From Eledone cirrhosa (lineage: Eukaryota), in NCBI GenBank assembly GCA_964016885.1, contig OZ024744.1:60636001-60700000 (forward strand): DNA of 64,000 bases. Reading direction: 5' to 3'. The position numbers and the translations under genes are program-made. The notes beneath the pieces are model-generated. The model saw nothing but the letters and a program-made list of their open reading frames with translations. It had not been told where the DNA came from and did no database searches. How positions within the stretch are numbered: position 1 is the stretch's first letter; every line of letters starts with the position of its first letter. This document shows positions 60,990-64,000 of this stretch, in pieces.

Positions 60990-62246
60990 TACTGCTGTTA
61001 CTGTTTATGTTGTTATTGTTCAAGTTCCATCGAACTTTTGTGAACGTTTTGTTTTCTATTTCTGACAAGCATTTTATCTTACTGACATTTCTGTATACTG
61101 CGAACTTGGATGGTAACTGGAGGATCATTTGTTCCTCCAGGTCGTCTGTTGTTTCTCCATAGATGTTTGCCTGGTTGTCTTTATTGAATTTTGCTGCGCG
61201 TGGGACACAATTGGCATATATATACCTTCGATTTCGTTTGGGTATTTTTTTCTCTCTTCTTGCTCATGTTTTCTGCTTTGTTTATTTTTCAACCAGGCTA
61301 ATTTTTAAAATTAAAGTATTTATAGCACTTCCGTCTTATATATTTACACTCCCGGTGAATAATGTCAGTTAATGAAGCTTGTTCTGATTGTATGGTAACA
61401 TATTCTAAACCCCACCTCACCCCCACCGGTAGCCAATACGTTTACGTTTTTTCCTGTTCGCTAAATTCTTTATAAATCTTCCTCCTTGTGTTCAGCAGCA
61501 TTGTTCGTTTTAACTTTTCAGCTTGTCCTTTCGAAAGGTCCAGTTTTTCTACACAGGCATTGATCTTGGTGTAGACTTTGGAGGAAACACATTTCTTTAT
61601 GAAATAAAGTTGTTATTGTGTTTCTTATACAACAGAATATGGCGATTTTCAGTATCTTGCTAGCTTATCAAAAGCTTACATCGTTACGTTTATGTATTTG
61701 TTCTGCGGGATTCTTGGTATGAAATCGTGTGTTGAAACTAATATTTTTTATAATTTGTGATGGTCATATGGCCAATAGAAAGAAACATGCGCACCATATA
61801 ATTTTCACTTAAACTTTATCTTTATTGTTAGTTATTCATTTGTTTGCCAAAGTTCTTTCGTCACACATTCTGTGACCTCAATGATTATCTGTTTTGTGTC
61901 TCCTCTTTTTCCTTGTCTTAAATTTCTATTCCATCTTGTCTTTGTTTTGTAGTGCGGATTTTTATGTTTCGTGGTTGCGCATGTGTCTGTGTGTGTGTGA
62001 TTTTGTGTTTGTCATGTCTACGTGTGTTTTATGTGTGTGGGAGTTTGTATCGTCTGCTGTTTTGCTGTTTAAGTTTTTTTTTCCCTCTCTATTCTGTCTT
62101 CAGTCGTTAAGTTGCGAGTTGTTATTATTCCACTTGTGTTTTCTGTTCAGGTTAGGACTGTCTTCTATTATGTAGGTGGCCTCAGCAATTTGTCTGAGTG
62201 ATGCGTCAGTTCTATGTATGGATATGATCTTTATTTCTATGTTATC
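60990..62246 (-). mobile_element. Old partial-tandem Penelope: GIY-YIG end, pLTR with a decayed hammerhead (~61846-61885), then ORF N-terminus
   Basis: IEIKIIS.HRTDASLRQIAEA...PNLNRK at ~62246-62100, ATGACC start at ~61767, and LQLPSKFAVY...EIE...FTKVRW at ~61125-61025. Confidence 0.7.
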
Positions 62247-62811
62247 ATGAAAACACCATAATTATCATAATTCATCGTTCGTTTTCCCTGTTGGAAAGAG
62301 ATAGACAGGTTGTCCCAGACTAAGTCAATACTGACGCAGAACTACGGGCCTTTCAGATACGCTTGGTACTTACAACTCACTTACATATGCTCTAACACTC
62401 TGCCAAGTGCTCAGATGGGCCAGGGAGGTCACAACTCACTTGAATATGTTTCCACGCTCTACTGAGTGCATTTTATCGTGGCACCAGCACTGGGGAGGCT
62501 GTCGTGTTTTTGATACAACTAAAGAGTTCTTTTAACTCTTTGTTTGGTAGGTTTTCTAAAGCTGAATGTCCTTCCTATCAACTATTTTACAGAGTTTACT
62601 GAATGCATTTATAGTGAAGACCAGCAGCACTAGAGAGATTCTTGTGTCCTTCACACAACTGGAGAGTTCTCTCAATCCTTTTTCACATGGTTTCTTCAGC
62701 TTTACTGTCACATCTGAAGTCAGCCTACCAGTGATACTGCTACATCTCAGATGTGTTCACTATCCCACTGTATATATATATATATTACGAGAAAAAGAGA
62801 AATAATCACCA

Positions 62812-64000
62812 TTCATCATCACCACCGTTTTTACGTCCATTTTTCCATGCTTGCATGAGTTGGACAGGTCCTTTTCACCACAGCATCTCTTCACTCATGG
62901 CTTTCCTTCATCATCTCTGTGAGCCACAGAAATCTGAGATCAGCTCTCACCGCCTATGCCCATGTATAGGTCTTACTTGGTTAACCTCTACTGCGGCTTC
63001 CCTCCACTGGGATTTCCTGGCACTGCTTCTCCCAGCAGTCTTCATTCATGCACATCACATGTCTTTACTAACACAGTCTTCTCTTTTGCACAGAACTTTG
63101 GATTCCTCTTAAACCCAGTTTCTCCATCAGTTCCTCCAAGCGCTGCTTTTTTCTCACATTTACATTGCACATCCAACAAAGCATGGTAGCTTCATTTCTC
63201 TCCAGTCTACACATATCCTCTTCTGCAATCACTGCCCATGTTTCACTTCCATGCACCACCACACTTTGCGCACAGGCATCATACAGCCATTGTTTTGTAT
63301 GTAGGGAGAAAGACTTTGTTGTCAACAGTGGGAGTAACTCTCTAAACATCTTCCATCCTATCCTTATTCTAGCTATAATACTCTTGGAGCACCCTCCTCC
63401 ACAGCTAATTAGGTCACCTGGATAACAGAAGCTATCAACCACTTCTATGGATCCTTCATATGATTGAAAAAGGTTTATATCACTGACCATCTTATCTTCG
63501 TGTCCAATACTCCTGTGTATCTTCTACATATACAATTTTTCCTTCCTATTAATCTACTCATTATTGCACTACATCTCTTGTGTACCCAAGATTTACATTG
63601 TGTACATCATATAGAGTTTATGACTATTACTTTTCTACATATTGAGCAGGACCACTTCCCTGAAGGAATCAAGATCCTATATTCTTTCCTGTTTACCAAC
63701 ACTTTAATTTTGGTTAAGTTTACTCTCAGCCCTTTTGATTCCTAATGCTGTTTCCATTGTCGGAACTTATGGATTCAGAACCATTGAGATTTTCCCATTG
63801 ACAACCAGTCTTAAACTCTCTGTTATAACCTAAGGACCCAGCGATGATGAACTCCTACCTGTACCTTGAATTCCTTGCTAAACTCACTTTACTGACAGCT
63901 TCTCTGTACATGGCTTGCACTGCTTTCACAAGTCTTTCTTTTACACAATTTCTATCAAAAGCCTTTCCTAGATCAACAAAAGCATCTTATTCTTGGTTAG
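62812..64000 (-). mobile_element. Degenerate older relative of the PHD-RTE LINE, running off the window
   Basis: IEVVDSF, RIGWKMFRELLPLLT, HGSETWA and WSCSICRK...CTQCKSWVHKRC. The tail resembles 7176-7239. Confidence 0.9.

Noticed and set aside
62340-62750. Diverged internal repeats suggesting a coding repeat
   Set aside because: No consistent frame; more likely decayed SINE-internal repeats.

Overview
AT-rich, microsatellite-laden animal genomic DNA; the repeat content suggests an octopod cephalopod (inference). Only one host coding exon is supported: a minus-strand RING + B-box exon (8248-8730) of a mei-P26/brat-type TRIM-NHL gene, so most of the window is probably its introns and 5' region. 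The rest is mobile DNA. It includes an intact single-ORF RTE LINE with a PHD finger inside its RT domain and a SINE sharing its 3' tail. There is also a decayed PHD-bearing CRE-type element, small Helitrons and a cluster of hammerhead-carrying Penelope elements that end in (TA)n. About 24 kb of strand-polarised TA/CA compound microsatellite hosts three near-identical copies of a CR1-type LINE. That LINE has a tandem-CCCH ORF1 and an ATG-less ORF2 overlapping it in the -1 frame across two canonical slippery heptamers, which is the best candidate for a new system. The long YI/HT/CV ORFs are microsatellite artefacts. All calls come from reading the sequence by eye; no searches were run.
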